Source: Utricularia gibba
Taxonomy: Eukaryota > Plantae > Magnoliophyta
Length of the DNA: 64,000 nt
Direction: 5' to 3'
Assembly: GCA_002189035.1 (NCBI GenBank)
Contig: NEEC01000013.1
Coordinates: 868,001 to 932,000, forward strand
The position numbers were made by a program, and so were the translations under genes. This document shows positions 49,134-60,793 of the stretch, piece by piece. Under the pieces are notes generated by a model. The model worked only from the letters and a program-made list of their open reading frames with translations. It searched no databases and was not told the origin of the DNA. The stretch's first letter is position 1, and the number at the start of each line of letters is the position of its first letter.

Positions 49134-50846
49134 TTAGTACCAGATCGATGATATGTCTTGTTGCTTTGATGAGTTCTCGCTTGCTGCTCCTGAGAAGTTG
49201 TCGGGGTAATCTATGGAGAAGATGTTCGATGGGGAATCGAACATTAGCCAGACACTGTCTGAAGCCGGGCTCGAGTTGAAGGGTTGAGGAATGGCCCTGA
49301 ATTCTGCAAAAATGTTGGCATCCAGCATCAATGGCTGGCTTCCGAGGTATTCTTGAGGCCTGTATGAAGGGTTGCCACCATTTGAACCATGGGATTTTTG
49401 AACTTCTCTGTCATAGAGAGCCATAAGATTGCTGATCATCCTCTGTTCATCTTCCGGAACTCCGAGGCCGGAGAGATCGAAGGAAGCCGGAGGTGGATTC
49501 GAAGGCATGGACTGAGGAAAAACTACTGGCTTCACATCCGCAATGTCAAAACCTGATGCATCAAAGTCAGATATACGCTTGAGTGGACAAGAGAGCTGAT
49601 GCTTGTCTCTTGAAGTTTTATCTTGAAATCTGAGGTGAGCTTCGCTATGGGGACGCCGGGAATACTGGCATGTGGAGATCTCCTTCTCCACCATCTCATT
49701 GTTTCTGACTTTCCTTTTCCGGGAGAAGTCCAAGTTGGTGATCACTTCCTCCTTGATGACATGCGCCTGCTGTGTCACTTGAAAGTTATCCATCCCAAGA
49801 TTCATTAAACCCATCGAAGTTGGTTTTTGCTCGTGCACCTCGAAGTTAGAATCAATGTGCGCCCCATCAATATCGTACTCGCTGCAATCGTTCATTGGAA
49901 ATGCACTGCCACAAGGTGAAGAAGACAGCGGGGGCTGGCAGTGATCAGGGAAGAGATCGCGGGCCATAGCTTCCTCCTGGCTGATGATATTCAGCCAAGT
50001 TGCGCTTTCCTTTGCTGTCATCTTGTCCTGTAAACACTTCGACTGCCTCACGAGCTTCCGGATCTTCGAAATGTTGGGCGACATGTGCTTGATAACTGCT
50101 GTCAAAACACCAACCTTCCACGCCTTCTTAAGATCATGAGGCTTCTTGTAAGGAGGGCGTTGATCCCTCTGTAACCCCAACTGAGGCCACCAGTCTTCGT
50201 TTCCAGTCGGCCACCACGGAGGGGGAACCCCTTTCTCTAAGGGAAACCTTCGCTGAGGTGGATCACAATGCTGCATCAGAGCTGACAACAGCGAGCCAAG
50301 AGTCGTATCCTGGAGCTCCTGCAACGTATGTGGTGTAGGACCAGCAACCTTGGAGCCATGGCTCTTCCCTGGAACTGCGTTATCTGCTTGGTATTTGGCT
50401 ATCGCCGCCGGACCATTCCGATCGAATCTCACCTTCTCCTTCCACCACTCCCTCAGATTATCAGATGCCCCACTCACCGGCTTCCCGTTCTCAGGAATGA
50501 TCCCATAAACAAAGCCTTGAGCCTTGCAAACTTCCATCATCTTCAACATGTACTTCAGGATCCCATCTTGTGCCCTCGACATCTTCTTCCTCCTCGACTG
50601 CTCTTCTGATTGCCGTTGCATCGGAGTATCCAAACCTTGCTTCCCCTTGCTCATTTCCTTCAACCTTTTTAGCCTCATTTTGTCCCTCCACACCCTCCTC
50701 TCAAGCTCGTCAACATCAATCTCCTCATCTGTAAAGTCATCCTCCGGCTCCGTATATCCAGGGGGGGAAGCATCCACCTCCTTCACTGGAACAGAAGCAA
50801 GGAAATCAAAATCTCCACAAAGCCCCATGTTGTCAAACATCAGCAT
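49134..50846 (-). CDS. EIL1: Ethylene-insensitive 3-like transcription factor, single-exon CDS, 570 aa, intact
   Basis: [123 protein letters not shown]-terminal SSIWY. A 5'UTR intron acceptor TTCTTACAG|G lies at ~50905. EIN3 versus EIL1 cannot be fixed from sequence alone; the symbol was chosen from recalled synteny. Confidence 0.93.
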   Translation of the reverse strand: MLMFDNMGLCGDFDFLASVPVKEVDASPPGYTEPEDDFTDEEIDVDELERRVWRDKMRLKRLKEMSKGKQGLDTPMQRQSEEQSRRKKMSRAQDGILKYMLKMMEVCKAQGFVYGIIPENGKPVSGASDNLREWWKEKVRFDRNGPAAIAKYQADNAVPGKSHGSKVAGPTPHTLQELQDTTLGSLLSALMQHCDPPQRRFPLEKGVPPPWWPTGNEDWWPQLGLQRDQRPPYKKPHDLKKAWKVGVLTAVIKHMSPNISKIRKLVRQSKCLQDKMTAKESATWLNIISQEEAMARDLFPDHCQPPLSSSPCGSAFPMNDCSEYDIDGAHIDSNFEVHEQKPTSMGLMNLGMDNFQVTQQAHVIKEEVITNLDFSRKRKVRNNEMVEKEISTCQYSRRPHSEAHLRFQDKTSRDKHQLSCPLKRISDFDASGFDIADVKPVVFPQSMPSNPPPASFDLSGLGVPEDEQRMISNLMALYDREVQKSHGSNGGNPSYRPQEYLGSQPLMLDANIFAEFRAIPQPFNSSPASDSVWLMFDSPSNIFSIDYPDNFSGAASENSSKQQDISSIWY

Positions 50847-50899
50847 CCCGCACCAGCAACACAGATAGTGTCACTATGAAGAATCACCCAGCATGTCAT
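50840..50899 (-). other. 19-codon uORF overlapping the EIL start, plus a nested 6-codon uORF (50874-50894)
   Basis: Minus strand ATG ACA TGC TGG...GGA TGC TGA. Its TGA shares the A of the second in-frame EIL ATG (ATG CTG ATG). Confidence 0.6.
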
Positions 50900-51675
50900 C
50901 CACACCTGTAAGAAAAACAAATGTAGAACACACTCATCATCTTGATTTGATCAAAAGTGAACTTACTGGCAATAAAAGTTCCTGGGCATGAACTTTAGAG
51001 GAAAGGTGAACAGAAAAGGTAGCAAATGGTTGAAACTTGACAAGGAAAGTACTCAGTGTCTGTAACTGCCAGCAGGATAAAAAGGAATCAAATCTAAGTA
51101 GATCACATGTAGAGAGCTCATTCAACCACAAACAGACGGCAAAATGACTAATAAAAAGATACCCCGGGAGCACATCTATGACCATATCCTCTTCCAACTT
51201 TGGAGATGATTCGAAATTTTGAACTCCCAGAAATCAGCTTTTTCTAAGAAACCTAATCATGACACGATATATGTTGCTTTTTCAGCCCTTTAGAGAAGGA
51301 AAACGAGATAAAAACCCTGAAATCGAGCAGAAAGGGAGAGAAAGGGAAACGAGATTTCTAAAACAAGACACGATCTTCAAAACCATAAAAAAAAAAGACA
51401 CACGACCTCAAGCCCGCATCTCGACCCAGGTCCTCACAAAACCAACCACGCGTTAAAGCCAGCGGAAGGTCAATCAAGATGACAACAGTATGAAATCAAT
51501 GAAAGTAACGAACACCCAGGAGAAACGCACACAACAACGAACAAGAAAGGAAGAGACTTTTCCATCCAACCATCATTAATTTTCACCTCAGCAGTCGCCG
51601 TCTGGACTCCGCTTGCCCAAAGCAATTTAGACCTCTCCCACGACAGTAACGAAGGCTATCCAGTCCACACACAGT

Positions 51676-51730
51676 GAGAGAGAGAGGGAGAGAGAAGGGG
51701 GAGAGAGAGAGGGTAGGAGTACGAGAGCAC
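51676..51730. repeat. GA/CT-rich microsatellite in the EIL leader/promoter
   Basis: GAGAGAGAGAGGGAGAGAGAAGGGGGAGAGAGAGAGGG on plus, pyrimidine-rich on the transcribed strand. Confidence 0.7.
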
Positions 51731-54599
51731 AGAAAACGAAGCAGAGAATCAGATAAGCCGCAAAAGAACAGTATTTATCATATGAAATGGTTTTCTGGGT
51801 TCTCCCCTCAAAGGTGAAGGCTTTATGAAGGGAAAACCATTGGGGATGCGGGGGGAGGTGAAAAGTGTTGGCTCATGGCGATGCACCGCCACAGAGGGGA
51901 AAAAAAAAGGTGGACGCACAAACACAACACAGGCTGAAGCGTGTGCAAGTAAATGTGGGGTGCGTGTGAAAGCATTGAAACAAACCTGGGGAGAGGGAAA
52001 ACACAGTAACTAGGAAGTAAATGAAGAGGACAATCAGCCCCGATTCAGGTAACAAAGATGACCCGCCTTTATTCTGGGAGACTCGTCTGTCACCGCGTTT
52101 TTCCGTGAAACCCCAATTTCCCATACGATAGTTTTCTGAGTGCAGGTGCATTTAAGATCCAGTTAACCCTTCCAAAACTTCGATGGATGATGCCCTTGCC
52201 ATTGCGTAGGATGGGCCGGCGTTGTTGGCCCGAGCCCAACCAGGAAAACAACACACCCGCAATGCTTCTTCTATATTATTCTAAAACGAGTCGCGGTGGA
52301 AGTCACGTTTTATGCCTCTACACAGGTGACATGCTCCTCTTCTTTCAAGGCCTACCTCGTCCATAAAAAACACACACCCCCACTCATTCAATGCAGGAAT
52401 GCTTTCTTTGGGTAAACATTACTTTATAATAACATTCCTATAGTTTGTGTAAATAAGTTAATTATTAAGTTACCCACACATATATACGAGTTTTAAAATA
52501 TTGAATCCTTATTTCTATTGTTTTCTTTAGTTTTTTTTGTTTATTTTCAATCGTTTTAGAAAATTAAAAAATAATTAATTTCCTATAAATACAATCTTAT
52601 TTATTATTTCGATAATTTCTGTACAATTATAGTATTACTATCAAAATTTTAGTAATGTTACCGATAAATAGTATTTCTTTGGATTTTTTTTGATTTAGTT
52701 TCTTTTTATGTTATTTTCATAGTTTTTAGTTGTTTGTACACTTGATAGTTGTTTGGTGCACTTGATTTAGTTGTTATTTTCATTACTATACTAGAGAAAG
52801 GTTTGATAACAAATCTTATGATCATAATGATGTTGGTAAGGAAAAAATGCAAGACAAAAAATCACCAATACACCAAGTATCAATCTTATTCATTGCTAGA
52901 TTCCAAGTACAATAAAAGTTAAAACAATTTTGAAGATAAAGAGTTAGAGGAAAAATTTATGAGGTATCACAATAGACATGCACAAGGGGTTCATGAGCTT
53001 GTACAAGGAAAAAGTCACATGAATCGGGTTGACAACAAACATAACTCAAATAAGAGTTGAAATCAATCTCAATTCCCATCTTTTAAAGTTATGATAAATC
53101 AATTCATTGAGACACAAGTGCAGATTATATGTCAAACAAAATATTGACTGATTTATATAATAAATATTTACTTTTTCAATATTGTTGGAATTTATTTTTT
53201 CAATATTTTTTAGAGAGGATAAAATACAAAAAAAATTAATGAAGTTAATAAAGTATAGCTTATTTACATAATAAATATGCATTTTTTCATGCACCATCTG
53301 AATCCACCCAGGTAGAAACTTTTCTACCAAGATTAGATAATGTCAAATGAAAAATCAAATTATATGTAAAAAAAATATAATTGGTATGTTGAAATTTGAT
53401 TTCTTTATTAAAAGTCAGTATTTTTTTTTGGAAAAGTTCGATTTGGAAGTCTAGTTATTAGATGATACTATTTCTTGTTATCTTAATGATGCTAATGTTG
53501 CATTAAAATTTGATATTTTGAATTGGTATAAAATAAATAGTGTAAAATATACTACTTCAACCAATATTGTAAGACATATTTTGACTTTTTGTATAACGTG
53601 TGTGACATCAAAAATAACCTTTACCATTGATTGTTGAATTATTGAATATTTCAATCAAATTTATTAATTGAAATTTTTTGAAATGTTACTTTATGCTAAT
53701 GGTTGCTTAAAATGAATTCATCGAATAAATAAAAATTAAATATGTGAATAATATTACTTTATATATTTACTTGAACTTATATAATTATTTAACTTAATAA
53801 TAATTATATTTTTGAGACTCAGGTCATACTTCGATGAAAATAAAAGACATGGTAATTGTATAAGTGTTGGAGCAACAAAATACAAGAAGAAAAAGAAGAA
53901 TTATATATATATTAATTTCAAAATAAATATTAATTTATTTTATTATAAACATGAATAATAATAAAATTTATATTTAAAATCGAATTATATAAATACATTA
54001 TCATTTTAAATTAATTTCTAACATTAAAAATATAATATATAAATATAGATATATTCGTAAACATTCATAAATATTTATTAACTTATTAAATAAATAAATA
54101 TAAATAAATATAAAAATTTTATTTAATTAATTTAAATAAAAAAACACAAACATCATTATTAGTCTTCATTTGTTCATTATAAATACTTAGGTGGGATCCA
54201 TAGAATATGTACTTTATCACAAATAAATTGCTTTTGTTGAAAAATATTTTAAAAATGATATGATGTAATTATAGATTATTAAATGCCAAATTTAGAAATT
54301 ATATTAACATTTTAAAACAAAACAACTTAAAAATTCATATTTATCTTCATATAATACCAATTTAATTTGAAATATATATTAAATTAAATATAATATAAAC
54401 ATGTTCACTACCGGTTGAACTTGTACCTTAAATCGGGCGTAAATCCGATTTGATATCAGATCTGGTTTTGACAACATTGGTTTAAACATAATATTGTCAA
54501 TAAAATGAATAATTAAAAAAACATGTTCTCTACCAACATTTTAAGGAAAAGAAGACAATATAACTTAATATTTCATTTAATGATCTCCTACTTTTTTAT

Positions 54600-55950
54600 T
54601 CTTCTATGATCGATGTACACCCATACAACTTGTAAATGGGGTTGTCTTCTCACGATTTGCTCTTGTTTTGTCAAACGTTTTTTTGGATTATGCATCAAAT
54701 GAAATGATTTGCTTTGTCCACAACTTTGCAATTGTTCTAATTTCATAGTAATATGAAATACAAGTACTTGCATCCATTTAAAATGCTTTGAAAGTCGGAG
54801 AGAGGAAAAAAGAAGTTATACTCATAATTTTTAGAAAAAAAATGATTATAAAAACCTAAATAGTATGTGAACAAAGTGTATAAAGTTACTTCCACTTTTC
54901 ACATGAATACTTGCTCTCTTTCAAAGACGTGATGTAATATATGGTGTTCCTTTGAAGATGACGTCTTGGATTCACTATGGTTATTTCCTTGACATTGTCA
55001 TATTCAATAAACTTGAACTTATTGGATTTTTCATCCTTTTTCCGTAGGTTAAAATGGCATGTTTGGACCAATATTCACCCTTTTCCATAAACACACATAC
55101 TTTCTTGTGACTTAAAAAAAAATCTTTGCATATTGTTCAAATATAGCTTCAATCATTGCTCCTCTCAGTAAACTATTTATTGATTATGAAATACTTGTAC
55201 TAATAATCCCCAACTGCAATTTGATTAAAATTGCTAATTAAAAGCTACAAGATTCAATATAATAAAAGTAAATCATAAATTATCTATAATTATCATTATA
55301 TACAAAGTTCTATCGTTTTCTAGAATACATAGCAAGATAATCATAAGTATCATTTTTTTCTCTTTTATCTTATTTATGAAAATCTTTGTTTTTTTAGATG
55401 TCATTACAGAATTCCAGAATAAATTATGAAGAGTCTATAATTTAAACTTAGCTCTGATGTTTCCATACAAATGTTTTAGGCAATAACGATTAGCTCATTG
55501 TGGCTCTTGATAATTGTTCACACATTCGCATGACAAGTGGAATAGGAACTATTAGTGAAACATATATGAGGTCCATCATATTGTGAAACTACCCAAATCT
55601 TTTTAACTTTACTGAAGATAACTCTAACATGTCACATGTAGTTCATAATAGTTTTCCTATGCAAATAATGAATTTCATATTGAAAATTTTTGGATTTGTA
55701 GACCTTGAAAGAGTGCTTCAACCTTTCAATTGCATAGAAGAATAAAACTGTTTTCAATTGTTCCATATCTTTAAAGTATTTTCCTTTAAGAGTCTCTCTA
55801 CATATGTTATTATAGTAAGTAAATCAAATAGATTCTACTTGAAGTATTTGCAAGCATTGGCTCTACATTAACATCAGCATTGTAGTCAATCTCATCACTC
55901 TCATAATCAAATGTCTCATTAGTATCATATATTATATTACTTTAATCAAT
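54600..55950 (-). mobile_element. Degenerate MuDR transposase remnant
   Basis: Minus strand FKDMEQLKTVLFFYAIERLKHSFKVYKS..IWVVSQYDGPHIC (MuDR DBD-like) and TSLKESKYSCEKWK (SWIM-like). Many stops. Confidence 0.55.
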
Positions 55951-56008
55951 AGACTTCTCACTACTAGTTTTTTCTCAAAATTTTTATATGGATTTGAAGA
56001 ATATTTAT

Positions 56009-57330
56009 TGATGCGTGTCATTTCCACAACAAATTTTAATACTTTTAAAACTCGTAAAACACAAAAGCGTAGTACGGGTGTCGAATACAGGGAGTTGTTT
56101 TTGAGTGAAAGGTGAGGCACCCCGAATACAACTGTCACGATTTGTAAATGGTTTTGAAGGTAAAAGGTGCGAGAAACGTTGATGATGAAGCTTGAGTAAG
56201 GGAATGAGAGAGGTTTTGAGCAAATAACTAAAATGAACGTAACCGATGAACCTTAAATAAAGTAAATATTCCTGGGTTTGGAATTCTGTTCAGTTATGTT
56301 CGTTGCATCTTCACTCTTCTTTGGTCCTCTCGAGTACTCGGTTATAGGAGTAAGGAATTGCCTACTCTCCCTTACACTCTCTTGCAAGAAGGCACGAGAA
56401 TAGCCCGATGTTGCTCCTCCTTGGACAAACGCGAGAATAAGAGGTCCTGCCAGCGTAGCCTCACGGCCGAATTGCGCGCGTGTGCCCGAGTGTTGCCAAT
56501 GACCCAATGAGTCCAGATACGAGGTCACTACCTGTCCATTGATCCTGAAGTACGGCCACAGACAAAACGTTGTCTTCCTCCTGCCAAAAGGGCTCGAGTT
56601 GGTGCTTTCTACCTTACTCTTCTCCAAAATCCGCGGGTAGTGATCAACTAACCATGAACCTTGAACAAGGGGACTGTTACAGAAAGACTGCAACATAGTC
56701 GCGCGAAGACATACGAAACCCGTTCGGATTCAGAGAAAATGTGAAGATAAGCTAACGATACACAGATCTGGGGGTGTTCCAACCTAGAAACGGAAGCTTC
56801 TAGCCGCGAACGGCCATACAAACTAAAGAAAACGAAACAAGGTTCTAGAGAGAGAAACAAAAGGAAAAACTAAACTAAAAGTAAAACTAAACTTGTCTGA
56901 ACTGAACTGAACTTCATTGAGATTCTGAGCTTTCGTGTCCCTATGATTCTGCTGAACTTGGGATGACTTGCAAGCAACGTTTGACACTGGTACGCTAATG
57001 ATGCCGCCTGTAAGAAACTCCCGTGTTCCGCACGTCAAGGCTCATGATTAGGCGTCTACAGTCTTCCAGAAATCAAGGGAATGTCAGCTCGGGAAGATTC
57101 AATTTGTCGTCATCTGATGCCCTCTTTCTCTCACTTCCTGCCACATGTGCGCCTATAGAAAAACTCAATTAAAACTAGTAAAATTAATAGATAAAATACA
57201 AGATTTAGGATAATTACCCTAAACTAGATAAAAACCTAAATCTCATATTATAGACCTCCTAATTAAACACTTTTAATCACAATTAGATATAAAAACAACC
57301 TAAGAAATAGTAAGAAAATGACACTTAACA
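56009..57330 (-). repeat. Solo LTR (Athila-like, ~1.3 kb)
   Basis: Minus strand starts TGTTAAGTGTCATTTTC (same start as the LTRs at 18430 and 23708) and ends GCATCA. Flanks TTTAT and TATAT match at 4/5 as a TSD. Confidence 0.65.
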
Positions 57331-60300
57331 TATATGATGTTTCGATTGCACACTATAATCTTCATTTTCTGATTCATTATCAATATTAGATTCAACAAAA
57401 TTATCCCTATATTTTATTCCTATCTCCTTTGGAGATTCTAACTTTGTATTTCCATTGATTCCTGTCAAAATAACAATTCAAGGTATAGTAATAGAACATA
57501 TTTTCAAAAAAACAAGTAATAATGAATTCATCATAATTTAAATCAGAATGTACCCATTCCTTCACTATGAAAATATGTTAATAAATTAATAAATGATGTT
57601 CAATAATAACGTACATAGCAATACTTGAAATATTACAACTTTCATGAAACAAAAATGCTAAAGATCTCCTATCAAACTCCAAATGATGAAAAAAAAAATT
57701 TCCATTCCCTATTTTCATCATACACAACATAATTACTAAACACATTTAAAGTTAAATATAAAATAAATCGAAGTTAAAAGATTTCCACTTATAATATCAC
57801 ATGACAAATTTGCATAACATCGTGTGTATGATTGTAATATATACAACTATTTCTTGTGCAAATGTTTTCACCCCAAAATATCCTTGTTATCACCATTCTA
57901 GAAAAAAATTAAGTATGTAAATCAACAATCATTAAAAATTTCTTCCTTTGAAAAAAAATTTGAACAAAATAAGATTGGTTTTTCTAAATCCTTTGAACCC
58001 TACAATTAAATTTATACCTATACCATCGTATATATTAGTTTTAGTTCTTGGGAATTTCTTTTGGTTGCAATCTCTGAGAGTAAAATGAAGAAACCTCAAA
58101 GATTTCAAGCGGGCAAGTGAGATGATGAAGAAGAAAGAATTATTATGATCAACTTCTCTAAATATAATTTACATTTCCAAGAAGTTTATTTAGGGTTTAG
58201 GATAAAGAAGAAAGAATTCAAGTGGGCAAATGAGTGGGAGGAGGGAGGAGTGGAAGGAGTGTTTTAAAGTAAAGCATGTAGATGAGAGAAATTAATTATT
58301 ATTATTTTATTTATATATAAATAATAAATTCTAAATATATTATTTTATTAATTAAAATGAATGATTTGTAGAAAATGAAAAATATGATTAGGGTGATAGG
58401 GAATGAATTTTGAAAAGATAGCTATTTATGTATAATTCCTTCCATACCATGCATGACAAGGCACACCTTGAAAGTTTATGCACAAAGTCATTTTGGGGCT
58501 GTTTCTTTCCTTAAAAGAGCAAGAAAGCTTGTTCGTGCTCTGTGTGTATCCATGTCTTCCCTCAATTTCCTTATTCAAGAAGACAACCATGAAACAATAA
58601 ACGAACCTATTGTACCTTTTTCTTTTTGTTGTTTTTTTTCGACTTACCTAAAGAAAATTGGATACACAAAAATGCAGGGAGGATTTGATCACACACTTTA
58701 AAGGACAAGCTGTCACAAACGAACACAACCAATGGGCTAATTGGCATACCGCTAGTTGTCTGTTATGTACACTTGCTCGATCCTCCTTGAGACCCATGAG
58801 CTAGCTAGCAATAAAGGGACTACAAGTAAAATCTAAACCCAAGTGAGGGAATCTTGATCATCGGCAACTTGAGTGGTCCGCACTTTGGTTGGTGTATGTG
58901 GTTTGTTGGCATTGAGGTCCTGATACAGTCAATGCTAGGACCTAGGAGATGAGTCCTTGATTCATCAAATGGAGGAAAACATTTACGCAGGCATTTTGAC
59001 AAGCACATAGCCTGCAGAACAAATCTAAGTAAACCAAGGAAGATACTTGCATCCACGTGTCTACAATGTGCCAGTTAGGAGAGGTTGTTTCCAAACATGA
59101 TAAGGCAGGCAACATAGAATGAATAAGTTTGGGTACAACAAATGAGTCTCTACTCAAAATGAGGATAGCACTTCTATAGTTAGCGGTGATAATTTTTGTA
59201 GTGGGAGAGTTCAAGCTGCTCAGCTCGACAAATGAAAAGAAGCTTAGGAAGTTCACGAGCACATGCATTCCATAGTAATTTGCGGCAAAAAAAAGGTTTA
59301 CCAAATGCCCGTGATAAATGCTGTTGTAGCACTCCATGACACAGTTTGGCTGCCATAAAGAAAAATGAACGAAGATCATAGAAATGAAGTGATTCAAATA
59401 AGTGGAACCTATAAAATGGGCATTTCCCTATTGAATATGTATCATCATGAAGCCTAGGTGCATTATCTCAATTCATTGCAAAACACATCTTCTTGACATG
59501 CATGCATATCTCTACTCTATCCTTTTTCTCAACCTCACATTGAGTGTGTATGTATTGTGCTCACGCAGTAAGCAACAAAGCAATATGAAAGGGTATCAAA
59601 GATAAAAGAAACCATGAAAAAAAAACACCGACAACAAAGGTTACTAAACCAGGCCCTCTTGCATTTGGCCAAAGACAAATGCCAACAAAATCTCATAAGT
59701 GGTTTAGTAATGTAATTGAACCACTAACTAACCACAACAAATCCATTAGAATAACTGATTTTGCTTCCATTTTTATAGGGCATTGAATGCTCTCAATCTA
59801 TTCTATATGATTTATTGATCTCCCTATGCCACCATACATGCAAATGATCTTTTTCTCGATCAAAGCAGCAAGGGGAAGTCAATTAAAAAAGTGATTCATC
59901 CGATGCCCAACCTAGATCTCATCACTTGCCCTCGGCCTAGGGAACATAGCAGATTTCTCATGTTTAGATCATTGTACCAAAGAAAAATGCTTGACAGTTG
60001 CTAGTTTACCATGCACTCATTGCACTTGATTCGGAAGCCAAAAAGTGCATTAATCTCCGCAGCTTCATGATTCTTAGGTATTAAGTGCACTTGGTGAGGA
60101 TGCTCCACCTGAAAAAATGAGACTTATCATCTTGTAACAACTACAAAAATCTCATGAAAGAGAAAATTGCCACAAGAACAAAACTTTCAATGCCAAGATA
60201 AGAGTGTTAGAATGTGATGATCCAAGTCAGGACTGATCTGACTCACCCAAGGTATTTCAAAAAGATAGGAAAACTCACAGTAATGGTGGTCACCATGAGA

Positions 60301-60793
60301 AGAAGAAAAACTTCAAAACACTCAAGTACTTGAGTTTGATTGTTTTGGGTTCAAATTAGATTCTGAACTATCAAACTCAAAGGTCATGTCAAACCCAGTA
60401 ATACTAGCCCAAGAGTTGATGATAGTCAATTTAATGAGGACAAAGTAATGACTTTTTTTTCTATGGCAATGATTATATCCTCCATGTATAAATAGATATT
60501 GTAATCATTGTATAAATAAAATTTTCAAGATAGTTCCAAAAGTGCTTCTAATACAAGTCATACCTCTCAAGTTCTTTGATGGTGAACCCAACATGAAGCT
60601 CAACCCACACACAAAAGCCTTTTCAATTATTATTCCCACATTATTCATGGAAAAAACATTCTCATAACTTTCTCCCGCAAATGATGGATGCTCTACAAAA
60701 TACACCGATTGGTCAAATAAAATGACCAACTGTTTTCGAGCATGCAAACTTTAGGATGACTTCGATCCGACCAACAAGGCTCTTCCACTACTG

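Noticed and set aside
50328-50868. Plus-strand ORFs antisense to EIL (and those antisense to SE exon 1)
   Set aside because: Shadow ORFs of GC-rich coding sequence.
58700-60750. Retroelement-like minus-strand region (ORFs 58942-59397, 60505-60747)
   Set aside because: It resembles gypsy 3' or spacer sequence, but no domain, PBS, PPT or LTR pair could be established.
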